Positions 18,663 through 30,669 of a stretch of 42,983 bases of DNA are shown here, in pieces. A program made the position numbers and the translations under genes. The notes below the pieces were generated by a model. The model saw nothing but the letters and a program-made list of their open reading frames with translations. It was not told the DNA's origin and did no database searches. Location: positions 28,798,775 through 28,841,757 of the forward strand of contig NC_068983.1 in assembly GCF_001194135.2 (NCBI RefSeq), in the 5' to 3' direction. The stretch is from Octopus bimaculoides (Eukaryota). Position 1 is the stretch's first letter. Every line of letters begins with the position of its first letter.

Positions 18663-19240
18663 AGTAGGCGCAGGAGTGGCTGTGTGGTAAGTAGCTTGCT
18701 TACCAACCACATGGTTCAGGGTTCAGTCCCACTGTGTGGCACCTTGCGCAAGTGTCTTCTTTCAGTTTCCGTCTACCAAATCCACTCACAAAGCTTTGGT
18801 CGGCCCAAGGCTATCCTATTTACATGACCTGCTTCAACATCATTTGTAAAACAAGCCAATACATGCTGGCAGAATCATTAGCACACCAAATTCTGCCGAA
18901 GTCAACTTTGCCTTTCATCCTTTCGGGGTCGATGAAATAAGTACCAGTTACACACTGGGATCGATATAATCGATTTAATCTGTTTGTCTGTCCTTGTTTG
19001 TCTCCTCTGTGTATAGCCCCTTGTGGGCAGTAAAGAAATAAGAAACATTAGCACGCCAGACAAAATGCTGAGCAGCATGCATTCTAAATTCTAAGGTTCA
19101 ACATCCTAAGGTTGACTTTGCCTTTCATCCTTTAGGAGTTGATAAAATAAGAACCAGTTGAGAATTGGAGTCGATGTAATTAAATTAGCCCCTCTCCTGA
19201 AATTGCTGGCCTTGCAGAATAATTTGAAACCAATACACAC
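18663..19240 (+). mobile_element. SINE pile-up: family A head (18663-18805), family B with Tx1-like tail (18865-19043), family B third-tail copy (19044-19235)
   Basis: Direct alignment to other copies in the window. Confidence 0.75.
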
Positions 19241-19254
19241 ACACACACATATGA

Positions 19255-19672
19255 GTACAGGCATGACTGTGTGGTACGAAGTTTGCTTCCCAACCACATG
19301 GTCTCAGTTCAATCCTACAGTGTGGTACCATGAGCAAGTGTCTTCTGCTATAAACCTAGGCCCAACCAGAACCTTTTGAGTGGATTTGTAGACAGAAACT
19401 AAAAGAAACCCACTATGTGTGTGCGTGTGCATGTGTGTGTTTGTGCATGCATGTGTGTTGCTGTCACTGCCTTGACACCGTGTGATAGCTGTGAGTTTCC
19501 TTGTCATCCAACTGGTATGCTTTGCTTCCAATCTGTGAAAACATATATGATCATGGGGGAAATATTACCTGGCAACAGGAAGGGAATTCAGTTGTAGAAA
19601 ATCCACCTCAATAAATTTCATCCGATCCAGGCAAACATGGTAAAGTGGATGTTAAAATGATGATGATGACGA
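19255..19672 (+). mobile_element. SINE with family A head and RTE-type (GAT)n tail
   Basis: Head ggcatgactgtgtggtacgaagtttgcttcccaaccac; tail ggaagggaattcagttgtagaaa..aacatggtaaagtggatgttaaaatgatgatgatg, matching 20840-20925. Confidence 0.75.
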
Positions 19673-19868
19673 CATAAGTTATTTAAGACATCAATGTTAA
19701 AAAACAAAAAAGATTTAAACTTTTCGATTTTGTTTTGAGAAACTATTGTGCCATGAGAGCCAAATTGATGATATTGATGTAAAAAATTCAATATTCAGTT
19801 TTTGTTTACACAATCTCACAACTGGATAAAAGTATTCAATATCACTTATTTTCATTTAAGTTTTGTAA

Positions 19869-20027
19869 TCAGGAGCGGACCCAAGGAAGGGCCCAAGAGG
19901 TACATGCCACCCTCAAGAAAAGAAATGCATCTTTCTAAATAATGTTGTTACGCCCTTTTTCTCCTGAAATTGTATTCCCTTTTGACCTTCTGCCCTCCTT
20001 TTGAAAATTTCTTGGGACCACACCTGG
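19869..20027. mobile_element. MITE with 3-bp TAA TSD (PIF/Harbinger-like TSD)
   Basis: TIRs tcaggagcggacccaag / cttgggaccacacctgg; TAA at 19866-19868 and 20028-20030. Confidence 0.6.
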
Positions 20028-20052
20028 TAATATTACAAAGCTACTATAGTTC

Positions 20053-20096
<44 letters not shown>

Positions 20097-20123
20097 GGGA
20101 TAAAAATCCCAAAAGTTTCACAG

Positions 20124-20165
<42 letters not shown>

Positions 20166-20249
20166 NNNNNNNNNNTATGTATGTATGTATGTATGTATGT
20201 ATGTATGTATTCTATACATACAATTTTTATACTTGCTCCAGACATTCAC

Positions 20250-20324
20250 AAGAAAACAGATGAAATGATGAGAAATGGTTTCAAGAAGATGACTAAAATC
20301 TTTGATGATTAATAATAAGCAATT
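20250..20324 (-). CDS. Candidate upstream exon of the minus-strand gene (NCLLLIIKDFSHLLETISHHFICFL)
   Basis: Acceptor tctctttcag|, donor |gtgaat, phase 0/0, joins in frame to 17621. The antisense frame (DIHKKTDEMMRNGFKKMTKIFDD*) is also open with a good acceptor, so the strand is uncertain. Confidence 0.3.
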
Positions 20325-20678
20325 CTGAAAGAGACCATCCCACAAACGCAAACTTGGAAAATTGGTTGTTACAATAGTTATAATGTTGGAGGATGGGATG
20401 TATAATATAGCAAGAATTAGGTCTCTTCATTAGCTTTTCATCTGTCACTCCCCACTCTCTATTTAGTGTATCAGGCTGTGCACACGCTGTGTATGTAATA
20501 AGGGATGGCATTTGATATGCTTGTATTTAATCCCTTTACCATCACCCTTTACCATCATACCTCTCTTCCACTACGGTCTTTTATCATTCTGCCTCTCTTG
20601 CATACTTATTTTTTGTCACTCTACTTCACTCACAACAAACTGTCCATTGTTTTTTATTTATCTATCTTTTTTTTTTTT

Positions 20679-20925
20679 TTGAGCGAGGTTGTTGCCAGTG
20701 CCGCTGGACTGGCTCCTGTGCTGGTGGCACATAAAATACGCCATTTTGAGCGTGACCGTTGCCAGTACTGCCTGACTGGCGTAAAAGCACCCACTACACT
20801 CTCGGAGTGGTTGGCGTTAGGAAGGGCATCCAGCTGTAGCCTTCTGGTTCACTAGTCCTCAGTCAAATCGTCCAACCCATGCTAGCATGGAAAGCAGACG
20901 TTAAACGATGATGATGATGATGATA
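20679..20925 (+). mobile_element. RTE-type LINE 3' UTR / derivative with (GAT)n tail
   Basis: ..gagtggttggcgttaggaagggcatccagctgtag..ccaacccatgctagcatggaaagcagacgttaaacgatgatgatg; reverse complement of 38996-39300. Confidence 0.85.
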
Positions 20926-20976
20926 GTTAGAGCCTTAAAAATATATCATTTACCTTATTGTTAAAACTCTGATTGT

Positions 20977-21225
20977 GGAGATGCATGGTTTAGTGGTTAG
21001 GGAGTTGGACTCATGATTATAAGATTGTGGTTTCAATTCCTGGACAGGCAATGTGTTTTGCTCTTGAGCAAAACACTTCATTTTACATTGCTCCAATCCA
21101 CTCAGATGGCAAAAATGAGTAATCCCACGACAGACCAGTGTCCAGTCCAGGTGGGGAATTCATACAGCTTAGAAACTGGGAAGCTGACCTTTATCAGTCG
21201 ACATGACTTGTGGAAGTAACTCTGC
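20977..21225 (+). mobile_element. tRNA-derived SINE with a V/Meta-domain-like core
   Basis: Head gcatggtttagtggttaggg..ggtttcaattcc; core cttgagcaaaacactt..ctccaatccactcag..cccacgacagaccagtgtccagtccagg. The domain assignment is from memory of the V-/MetaSINE consensus. Confidence 0.55.
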
Positions 21226-22740
21226 CTTTTTTACTCAATACTTTGACTTGATTCAAACAATGAGGGTACCTCTATGTGGCAACTCAGTCTGGTAGAAATA
21301 ACAGTCAAATTCACCTCAAACCTTAAAGCAGTATAAAATAATTAGATAATGTGGTCTCAAGTCCAGTATTTAAAAATTAAGTGGAATGGTCATAGTTAAA
21401 CCTGGAATGCTTTAATCACAGATCTACTTCATCATAACACTGGGCAGGGACCAAACAACATCCTTTTTCCTTATGACTTAGAGCAGGAAGTCCAGTACCC
21501 TTCACAATTTTCAGGGCCTCCAAGATTGATGGGAGGAAGTTATCCTCAGATTTGAAACCTGGTCAGAATAGACTCTGCTAAAAGCACCCAAGGGCTTAAT
21601 AGTGGTATTAGAACTAGTCAAATTCAAATTTGGCATTAAACAAAAACAAAAAAAAATACTTGAAATTTCTTCGATGAGAAAATATACTTAAAATGGAAAG
21701 AAAAGAATTAATCGGTGTCTTAATAAAGTTTTTCATTTTTTGAAAATTTGTTTAGCAAGAATTTTGTTATGAAACCATACGTTGAAACCAGTATTGTTAT
21801 ATTTTGGTAGAGTTATGTTTTGAAAACCTTTAAAAATGCACCAGTTGCTGTTTGTCAATATTCTATATTCTTTGTCTTTTTAGATTTTGAAAATTTACAC
21901 ATTTTTTGAGAAGACCACAGAGATAGTGTGGTAAAAAATTGATTGTAAAGAAAATGATTATAGACAAAAAACACACAGTGGGTTTGTTTATAGACATTAA
22001 TGAAATGTTTAATAATAACAAACTATAATTCTGTTAAGGTTCATCACATGATCGACTCAATCAGTTTAATTATCTGTTTGTACTGTTGATGTAATTAAAC
22101 TTCAAACCAATAGCAGAACTGTGTCCTTTTATGGTTATTTGGGTTGACTGGTTAGACAGCAAATTGGCAGAGTTGTTAGAGCACAGGACAGTACGCTTTT
22201 CAGTATTTGTCCTGACATTCTTCTCTCAAGATTCAAATCCTTCTGAGCTCAGCTTTGCCTTTCATTCTTTGAGGATAAATAAAAAATGTTCTCATCCATG
22301 GCAATGAATTAGCAGAATTGTTTAGACATCAGATGAGATGCCTTGCAGTATGTCTATTAGCTCTTTGCACTCTGACAGCAAAGTCAGTGATGATGATATT
22401 AGTTCTAAGTTGTAGAGGCCGTCAACAATAATCTTTCCCTTCGACAATAACCTTTCCTTTCAGCAACACTAACGACATGCAGCAGAGACTTGTATAATTG
22501 AGCAACTGCTAGGTTTTCACAATCATTAGATAATTGGAATGCTTCAGAGTAACTTTTCCAACTCTTTTCACTCTGAGTTCAAATACCACTGAGAGCAATT
22601 TACCCTTCCATTCCTTCAAGGTTGCAAAATGATATCCAATCCAGGGTGATAAACTGGAAGAACTATAAGAAAGTCAGACAGGATCTTTGTAGTATTGATT
22701 CCAGTTCTTTACATTTTAAGCTCAAATCCTACCATAACCT

Positions 22741-22967
22741 TCTTATTTCTTTATTGCCCACAAGGGGCTAAACATAGAGGGGACAAACAAGGACAGACAA
22801 AGGGATTAAGTCGATTATATCGACCCCAGTGCATAACTGGTGCTTAATTTATCGACCCCGAAAGGATGAAAGGCAAAGTTGACCTCGGCGGAATTTGAAC
22901 TCAGAACGTAACGGCAGACGAAATATCGCTAAGCATTTCGCCCGGCATGCTAACGTTTCTGCCAGCT
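22741..22967 (-). mobile_element. Young-looking SINE family B copy with Tx1-like tail
   Basis: Intact head agctggcagaaacgttagcatgccgggcgaaatgcttagc..gagttcaaattcc; tail tttgtcccctctatgtttagccccttgtgggcaataaagaaataag; CpGs retained. Confidence 0.9.
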
Positions 22968-23394
22968 AACCGCCATAACCTTCTCGGGTTCTAGATTTAC
23001 TCATTCACCCAGCTTTACACTCCTTGAAATCCTGAATGTCAGTAGTAGAGTCTACAGTATTAGAAGCATTTTTTGAGTCAGCTCTGTGATTTCAGGATAC
23101 NNNNNNNNNNNNNNNNNNNNNNNNNNNNNNNNNNNNNNNNNNNNNNNNNNNNNNNNNNNNNNNNNNNNNNNNNNNNNNNNNNNNNNNNNNNNNNNNNNNN
23201 NNNNNNNNNNNNNNNNNNNNNNNNNNNNNNNNNNNNNNNNNNNNNNNNNNNNNNNNNNNNNNNNNNNNNNNNNNNNNNNNNNNNNNNNNNNNNNNNNNNN
23301 NNNNNNNNNNNNNNNNNNNNNNNNNNNNNNNNNNNNNNNNNNNNNNNNNNNNNNNNNNNNNNNNNNNNNNNNNNNNNNNNNNNNNNNNNNNNNN

Positions 23395-23433
<39 letters not shown>

Positions 23434-23595
23434 TACACAATGGACTTCTTTCAGTTTCCATTTACCAAATCCACTCACAAGGCTTCGGTCAGCACAAGGC
23501 TATAGCAGAAGACACTTACCCAAAGTGCCATGCAGTAGGACTGAACCTGGAAAAATGTGGTTGGAAAGCAAGCTTCTTACCACGCAGCCATACCT
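23395..23595 (-). mobile_element. SINE family A 5' half (the rest lies in the gap)
   Basis: Head and core align to other family A copies. Confidence 0.8.
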
Positions 23596-23819
23596 GATCA
23601 ATACTTTCATTTATATCAGGGGTGGGGAAGCTTTTTAGTGTGACAGGCAAAAATTTCCAAAGTAAAAGGTTCTAACTTTTATATTTGTGTAAATCTTGTA
23701 TATATATCTATGTATAATTCGATATACATTAATAAAGATAAGTTTAACACATTAAATTAATGCATAACATCTTCATTAACGCTGCCACTGAATTTAGGAT
23801 GTTTATATTATTTATGAGG

Positions 23820-24072
23820 TACATTATTTACATTCAACGGATATTTGTCCTCATCTTGTTTGTTGTTAACACAACGTTTTGGCTGATATACTTTCCAGCC
23901 TTCATCAGGTATCTTGGGGAAATTCCGAATCTGGGTTCTGATTCCTAAGGTATTTTTTGACGTTGTCGTTGTTATTATTATTATTATTATTATTATTCAG
24001 GTCACTGCCTGGAATCGAACTCGGAATCTTGGGGTTAGTAGCTTGCACTCTTAACCACTACGCCATATGCCC
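23820..24072 (-). mobile_element. tRNA-derived SINE with internal (AAT)n and a Penelope-like 3' end
   Basis: Head gggcatatggcgtagtggttaagagtg..gagttcgattccagg (A and B boxes), then (aat)n, then ..ccccaagatacctgatgaaggctggaaagtatatcagccaaaacgttgtgttaac. Confidence 0.75.
23868..23913 (-). ncRNA. Minimal type I hammerhead ribozyme motif (Penelope-like); this copy has the core G12 replaced by A
   Basis: gatac (stem I) CTGATGA-A ggctg [10-nt loop] cagcc (stem II) AAA-ACGT-T gtgtt (stem I partner). Palindromic ACGT stem III, as described for minimal hammerheads of Penelope-like elements. Confidence 0.6.
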
Positions 24073-24289
24073 AAGGAGGCATTGAAAGTTTGAAAAGCAT
24101 ATCTTTGCTCCACTTCAATGACATCTTCAAGCTAAAGCCAATTAAAGTGCCTCATCAGAGAAACCTTAACGGCATTATAAGTCTCTGAGTAAATCAACCC
24201 ACTGGGCCCTAAAGTATATATTCATTGACGGCAAAGCACAGCATAGAGAGATTAGAATTGAGCTCCTAGTTCCCATGAGGACCCTAAGC

Positions 24290-24573
24290 CAGGGGTTCTC
24301 AAACTGTGGTCCATGGACCACAGGGGGTCCGCAAGGACAAGACAGGGTGTCCGTGGACAGCAAATACTTTTTATGGGCAATTTGATTTTATATATGTTTT
24401 TTAATCAAACTCTTTTAATTGACAATAAACCTATTTGTTAAATAAATGTAAAAATATATGTTATTTTAAGCAAATATTTATGTATAAATTTCATAAGCGT
24501 TTATAAGGGGGTCCCTAAAGTAAAGCCTGAAATACAAAGGGGTCCGCAAGTCAAAAAGGTTTGAAAACCCCTG
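24290..24573. mobile_element. hAT-superfamily MITE
   Basis: TIRs caggggttctcaaac / gtttgaaaacccctg; perfect 8-bp TSD ccctaagc at 24282-24289 and 24574-24581. Confidence 0.9.
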
Positions 24574-24907
24574 CCCTAAGCAATTGTCTGGTGCATCCAT
24601 GCCTTAAGATAGCACTAGCCTTCACCTCAGTCACTAGACATGCTAAAAATAGCAGCCAAATTGCCAACAAATCTCATTGTACCATATTGTAAGTGGGAAG
24701 GATCATGTAATGTCCTAGGTATATTCCTAAATATAAGAGATGGTCATGACTAAAAGGCTTTTGATCATTGGTCTACTCAAATCAACAACAGTCATTACTA
24801 AGCTGTTTCCAAAAACAGAGGAATTGTCTCACTCTTCTGGTTAAATAATGATGAAATAGAAATCATCAGAATAAAGAGAGGAATATATACTTACGTATAC
24901 GAGTATG

Positions 24908-24943
<36 letters not shown>

Positions 24944-25771
24944 AGAGAGCTACATTTATAGGTATCAATTTTAGCTAAGCTCAAAGCAGAATTTTATAAG
25001 CTATGGGAGACTACTCTAGCAAACTAAATATATATATACTAAATAGAGGATTTTAGCGACAAGATGGCATAATCAGTAAAGTAAAATAGTATGTTTTGTG
25101 GTATTCGTTCCGGTTCTCTTCACTCTTAGTCCAAATTCTGCCAAGACAGATTTGTTCCTTTTGATATCGATAAATAAAGTATAAAATAATACTGAATGTG
25201 GTTCTTTTACCCGCAATGCATTGTTACACCCACCTTAGGGACCCAAGTTAAAATACCTGCTTGATGCTAAGTTAGATTGGCTCTTTCCTCGCAATTATAG
25301 GCTGTCTCAAATTAAAAACACCGCCTTTAACCTGTTCTTGTAGAAGGCCATCTACTGAGCATCTCCCCAGGCCTTTCTAAATCACCATATCTATTCATCT
25401 CTTTATAACAACGTGTACGTAATATCTACATGTTATATCTATATAATACAACTATGGCAAGCACTAGAGTTGATTTAAATGATAGATACAATTATCTGTT
25501 CGATTTTTTTTAACTGTAGCAATTGACAGACAAATCATTATAGTACTGCTTGTACTTTAAGGGCGGATGATATTAAAAAAAGCAAACGGCTGCGGTATTC
25601 CTCTTAGAAGCAGAAATACCCTACCCCCACACTTATCAGGTATTATTAGCTCTGAAAGACATTGTATTTCATGCAATCCGCAGTAGAAAGGCCTAATGAC
25701 GAAATATTTATCAAATATACAAGCTTTTCAAAGCTTTCTGGTTCTACCTTAACCAATTAATACCATTACCT

Positions 25772-26010
25772 ACCACAGAGGCGTTAGGTGATTCCTGTGA
25801 GGGTGCTTTGCTGTTCCAACACCTTAGCCTTGCCATCGCTCATGGTAATACCGCCAGTGTGTTAGCTTGCTTCAGTTGGTTCCGTTGAACCTTGTGATGT
25901 GCGACCAATTGAGGCATTTGGTGTTGAATGGGTGGTTTTTTGGTTTGTTTTTATTGAATGGATGTTTTTCCTTTTTTTCTTTCTTTGTCCCTCTTTTTTC
26001 CGTTTTATTC
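25772..26010 (+). mobile_element. 3' end of a CRE-clade non-LTR retrotransposon
   Basis: Reads TTEALGDSCEGALLFQHLSLAIAHGNTASVLACFSWFR*, the C-terminal 'LF-QRLS-AI-RGN-ASV' motif of CRE restriction-like endonuclease domains, then a UTR and T-rich tail. Confidence 0.75.
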
Positions 26011-26050
26011 CTTTCGATTTTGTATCTGTATTTCACAAAGTTGTTTTGGG

Positions 26051-26156
26051 GCGTAGGTAAGGAATACGTACACCACCCGTTTTCGGCGTAACAAAACCCC
26101 TAACCCTAATCCTAACCATAAAACAAACACAGGGTGTACGAATTCTTTACTTTCGC
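26051..26156. mobile_element. Small inverted-repeat element with a telomere-hexamer core
   Basis: gtaaggaatacgtacacc (26057-26074) / ggtgtacgaattctttac (26133-26150), 16/18; ccctaaccctaatcctaacc at 26098-26117. Confidence 0.55.
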
Positions 26157-26287
26157 TTGTTTTTATACATTTAATATTGTGCAAGAAAAAATATTAAAAT
26201 ACGTTATAAAACAGTGAAAGAAAGAAAGAAAGAACGAACGAACAAACGAACGAACGAACGATAGATAGATAGACAGATAGATAGATT

Positions 26288-26512
26288 ACTCTTTTACTTG
26301 TTTCAGTCATTTGACTGCGGCCATGCTGGAGCACCACCTTTAGTCGAACAAATCGACCCCAGGACTTATTCTTTGTAAGCCTAGTACTTATTCTATCGGT
26401 CTCTTTTCTCGAACCGCTAAGTTAAGGGGGCGTAAACACACCAGCATCGGTTGTCAAGCGATGGAGGGGGGACAAACACAGACACACAAAGACACATATA
26501 TATATATATATA
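26288..26512 (-). mobile_element. SINE family A 3' half, preceded by a compound GAAA/GAAC/GATA microsatellite
   Basis: Near-identical to 7038-7250. Confidence 0.85.
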
Positions 26513-27511
26513 NNNNNNNNNNNNNNNNNNNNNNNNNNNNNNNNNNNNNNNNNNNNNNNNNNNNNNNNNNNNNNNNNNNNNNNNNNNNNNNNNNNNNNNN
26601 NNNNNNNNNNNNNNNNNNNNNNNNNNNNNNNNNNNNNNNNNNNNNNNNNNNNNNNNNNNATTAAATAATGACGAGCTTATTGCATACGATGCTCAGGTGC
26701 ACTACAAGTAGCAGTTGTAAGATTATAAATAGGCGGCAGATAGCAGCAATAAGTCAAGTGAAGAAACACAGTGGAAGCTAAATGTTTATGTACAGTACAC
26801 AGAACAAAACACAAAAAGACAGATAAGCGAACATTAAAAGAACCATAAAAAAAAAACAGAACGGGGGCATAGAGAAAGTTTATGTCCCTTTTTAAAAAAT
26901 TCACAACCTTGCCCCCACCTCTCCTATGAAAAAATTGTCTTGGCCAAGGTATGTATTTTCAGTTATGTTGATGAATGAGTCAACAAGGCCTTGTGGGTCA
27001 AACATATATATATGCGAGCGCGCATTTTTTTCTTCATATTCGTTCCCAACAAGTTGTTTTACACCTATTAGACTAATCTTTTTTTTTATTGTTTTTTTTT
27101 TTTTTGTCACTAGGTCAAACGCTTTACTTTGACCGATTCATGTCTTTGTCATGAGAAAAGTGCAGTGATAGAATAGTAACGACACTTCAGTAAGCTGTAA
27201 AATAAGCGCTGACATTTCCTGCAGAAGGCGAGCAAGAAAATTTTAATTCTTCGTGATACGCCCAGCAGTGTGGAAAGTAAAACATTGCATCAACGTTAAA
27301 ATCTGCCAAACGTTGTCAAGGGAGATAACTCTAATTCTCAAATATTGACAATTGATTAACGACACTGACATTTCGACTAAAATTAGAAACAGGCATGGAA
27401 TTAGGAGAAAAATGATAATCTTGCGCAAGGTATTTCAAGGTATTAGACCGTGTGTGTGTGGGGGAGAGAGAGAGAGCTGCGCTGCGTCTCTCTGAATAAA
27501 CAATGTTTATA

Positions 27512-27721
27512 CAGGGTGTCCACAAAGTCTGGGTACAGAGTAAATAAAATCATAAGATAAACGGTTAAATATAAGAAATAATAATTTCTTAAAATATGTA
27601 TTAATCTCCATGTGGGTATATGGAGTAAATAAAATCATAACATAAACAATTAAATATAAGAAATAATAATTTCTTAAAGTATGTGTTAATCCCCATGTTC
27701 CCAGACTTTGTGGACACCCTG
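27512..27721. mobile_element. Tc1/mariner-type MITE with an internal ~85-bp tandem duplication
   Basis: TIRs cagggtgtccacaaagtctggg / cccagactttgtggacaccctg; TA TSD at 27510-27511 and 27722-27723. The internal block gagtaaataaaatcataa..ttaatc(t/c)ccatgt occurs twice. Confidence 0.9.
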
Positions 27722-28005
27722 TACATCCGAGATATCTGAATGTACAGGTGCATGACGTAGTGGCTTGCGTTGATCTCACGATTGTGAAATGTATTCTGAG
27801 AGGCGGTGGCACGTTGCTCCTTTTTGAGCGAACTACTTCATTACACGTAATTTTTGTTCACTCTGTTGAAAATGCAAGTACCAGCGACAGCTTAAGTAAA
27901 GGTTAACCCTGCAACTTATTAGCGCCCCTTTCACAAGAGGAAGAAGAGCTTACTACTTTCGCTCATTTCAATATCATGGAAACCTAGGTAAGCTCGGACC
28001 TAATG

Positions 28006-28050
28006 GTAAAAGTCATCTCTGTAAAAGTCATCATTGTAAAAGTCATCTCT
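28006..28050. repeat. 3 x 15-bp tandem repeat gtaaaagtcatc(tct/att)
   Basis: Units at 28006, 28021 and 28036. Confidence 0.85.
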
Positions 28051-28254
28051 GGTTAATCGTAGAGAATATGTTGGTGTTGCCTTGGCAGAGGTTTGCACTC
28101 TCTGAGTGCTCTTGTTATTAATTAAATTAAGCCTACCATTGCCCAAAGTGTATGATCTTCTACCAAAGTTAGAAGTCAATATTATCACTTCTATTTTATT
28201 TTATTTTATTTTATTCATTCATTCATTTATCTTTTCTTTTTTTTTTTTTTGCAG

Positions 28255-28284
28255 TATTTAACGACAGCAAAATCTTTCATGAAG
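28255..28284 (+). other. Candidate 30-nt exon near the 5' end of a + strand transcript (upstream donor at 27987/27988)
   Basis: Long T tract plus gcag| acceptor and aag|gtaagc donor; upstream ctag|gtaagc. Coding status is unclear (..FNDSKIFHE, or an ATG AAG start). Confidence 0.45.
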
Positions 28285-29227
28285 GTAAGCATAAAATGCA
28301 TATTTAGCACAAGTGTTCTTTTAATAGTAGTAGATCTGTTTATTTGATTTAGATGTGCTTTTTGCATGCTGGCATAGATTGGATGGATATTTATTTTGAA
28401 GCAATATTTTATGTCTGAATGACTTTCTGGTTGCAAACTCATACCAATTTTTTTTTTTTTTTTTTCAAATAAAGGATTTTTGTATATTCTATTAAATTTT
28501 GAAATAGCAGCAGAGCTATACAATATATTTTTCACATGACATCACCGTTTTTTTGCTCATCATATACAGACATGTGCATGCACACACACACGCAAAACAC
28601 ATGCATGCAACACACTTATATATACCCACAGTAGTCTTTTTTTTTCTACTTACTAATTACACTCATAAAATATTAGACAGTTTGAGACTATAATAAAAGA
28701 CATTTTTTCCCAAAGTACCACCCAGTTAAACTGAACTTGAGACCAGGTAGTCGCAAAGTAAATTTTTTAATCACACACCCCATTCATATCTGTTCACAAT
28801 CCATAAAGTGATAAGTGTTCAGATTTATAATTAGCAAAATTTAAAAGAATTAATTGAATCAAATATGTTTTACAAACAACTTGCTCATGCAAGTGCTACC
28901 AGTCGAGAACTCTGCATACCGGAAGCCAGCAAGTGTATGGGGTCATCAGTTGTCCCTGTTCCATCTACTCCGAAATTCTAATATGCAGTACTAATATTTA
29001 TATTATAGTATATTATAGTATCTATCCTTGATTTTATTATAGTCTCAGGTAAGGCAGTGAGCTAGCAGAATCATTAGTGCAACATTCAAATTCTACTGAG
29101 GTTGACTTTGCTGTCATCCTTTCAGGGTCAATAAAATATTTGCCAGGTGAGCACTGGCGTCCATGTAATCCATTATCTCTCCCCGAAAATTACTTGCCAT
29201 GTGTCAAAATTTGAAACCATTATAGGC

Positions 29228-29600
29228 GAGGCATGGCAGTACAGTTAAGAAGTCCTCTTTCCAATCATATGCTTTTAGGTTCAGTCCTACTACATGGCAA
29301 TTTTGGGCAAGTGTCTTCTTCTATAACCCCTGGACAACTAGAGTTTTGTTAGTGGAATTGGTAGACAGAAATTGAAAGAATGCCAACATATAAATGTGTG
29401 TGCTTGTGTATGTGTGTGTGTTTGCCCTAACATCATGGGATAGTTATAAACGAGTGTCACCAAATTACAAGCAGAGTCTCTCGTTTCCAGTCTTCCGTGT
29501 AAACATGTCCGACCACTGGGAGATGTTAACCTGCTTGGAGACAAGTGAGAGTTAAGGACAGAAAGGGCCTTCGACCGCAGAAAATTTGCCTCAACGAATT
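29228..29600 (+). mobile_element. SINE with family A head and RTE-type tail (truncated), preceded by a family B remnant at about 29055-29222
   Basis: Homologous to 19255-19672. Confidence 0.7.
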
Positions 29601-29826
29601 TCGCATGAAAAACTAAGTGTTAAATTAGGAATGTTAATGATGAATACAATTAGGATTAGTTTTAAACTTTTCGAACATATCCAAAACTGTAGCAAAGTAT
29701 TCTCATTAATAAAAGTGGAGGCGCAATCTTTCACTAATACCAGGAGAAGGGCAGATAGTATTTGAGAAGCACTATTCTGCGCCTTCGTCTTAGACATTTA
29801 TCATTCCTCGCTCGAATTCTGATATC

Positions 29827-30190
29827 TTAGGGCAGCGGACTCGCAGTCATAGGATTGCGGTTTCGATTCCCAGACCGGGCGTTATGAGTGTTTATTGAGC
29901 GAAAACACCTAAAGCTCCACGAGGCTCCGGCAGTGGATGGTGGCGAACCCTGCTGTACTCTTCCATCACAACTTTCTCTCACTCTTACTTCCTGTTTCTG
30001 TTTCTTCCTGTAATTCAAAAGGTCAGCCTTGTCAGACTGTGTCACGCTGAATATCCCCGAGAACTACGTTAAGGGTACACGTGTCTGTGGAGTGCTCAGC
30101 CACTTGCACGTTAATTTTACGAGCAGGCTGTTCCGTTGATCGGACCAACTGGAACCCCCGACGTCGTAAGCAACGGAGTGCCAACAACAA
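29827..30190 (+). mobile_element. tRNA-derived SINE with (ACA)n tail
   Basis: B-box ggtttcgattccc; GC/CpG-rich body; ends ..cgacgtcgtaagcaacggagtgccaacaacaa. Confidence 0.75.
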
Positions 30191-30669
30191 TATTTCAAGG
30201 GAAATAATTCTATTTTGACTTAGTTAATTTCTATATTATCTCCCTTATATTAGAATTTCTGGTAATGCTGAACATCCAGTTTGAAAAATTGTATCCGCTA
30301 CACCAGGATTATATGCTCGACAATCTTGTTAAGTAAAGTAATATTATATGCGGTCATTCGGTCTGCGAGACATATCAGCCAAACCTTCGTAGAATCACAC
30401 CATCCTGCGTTTAAAAATCAAAAAGGTCGCAAAGGGAAATGTCACGGATAATCAAAACAAGATCCTTTCTTTAATATAATTTTATTCATATCTAAGATGC
30501 TTTTTAAAATTTAAAATTTGGGTAAAATATTTATTTCATATTAACATTCAAATATGGTATAGTTTGATATATAAGATAATATAAAGAATTAAAATGTATT
30601 TAGATGTATGCATACGATAGATATAAAACACAAAACCACATCAAAAATACATATTAAAAAAAATAGATA

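Noticed and set aside
23052-23597. Five X-rich ORFs
   Set aside because: They span the N gap, (TA)n and a SINE.
24010-24072. tRNA gene-like sequence (also at the heads near 20985, 22900 and 29830)
   Set aside because: A and B boxes are present but no complete cloverleaf; each continues into a repeat body, so these are SINE heads.
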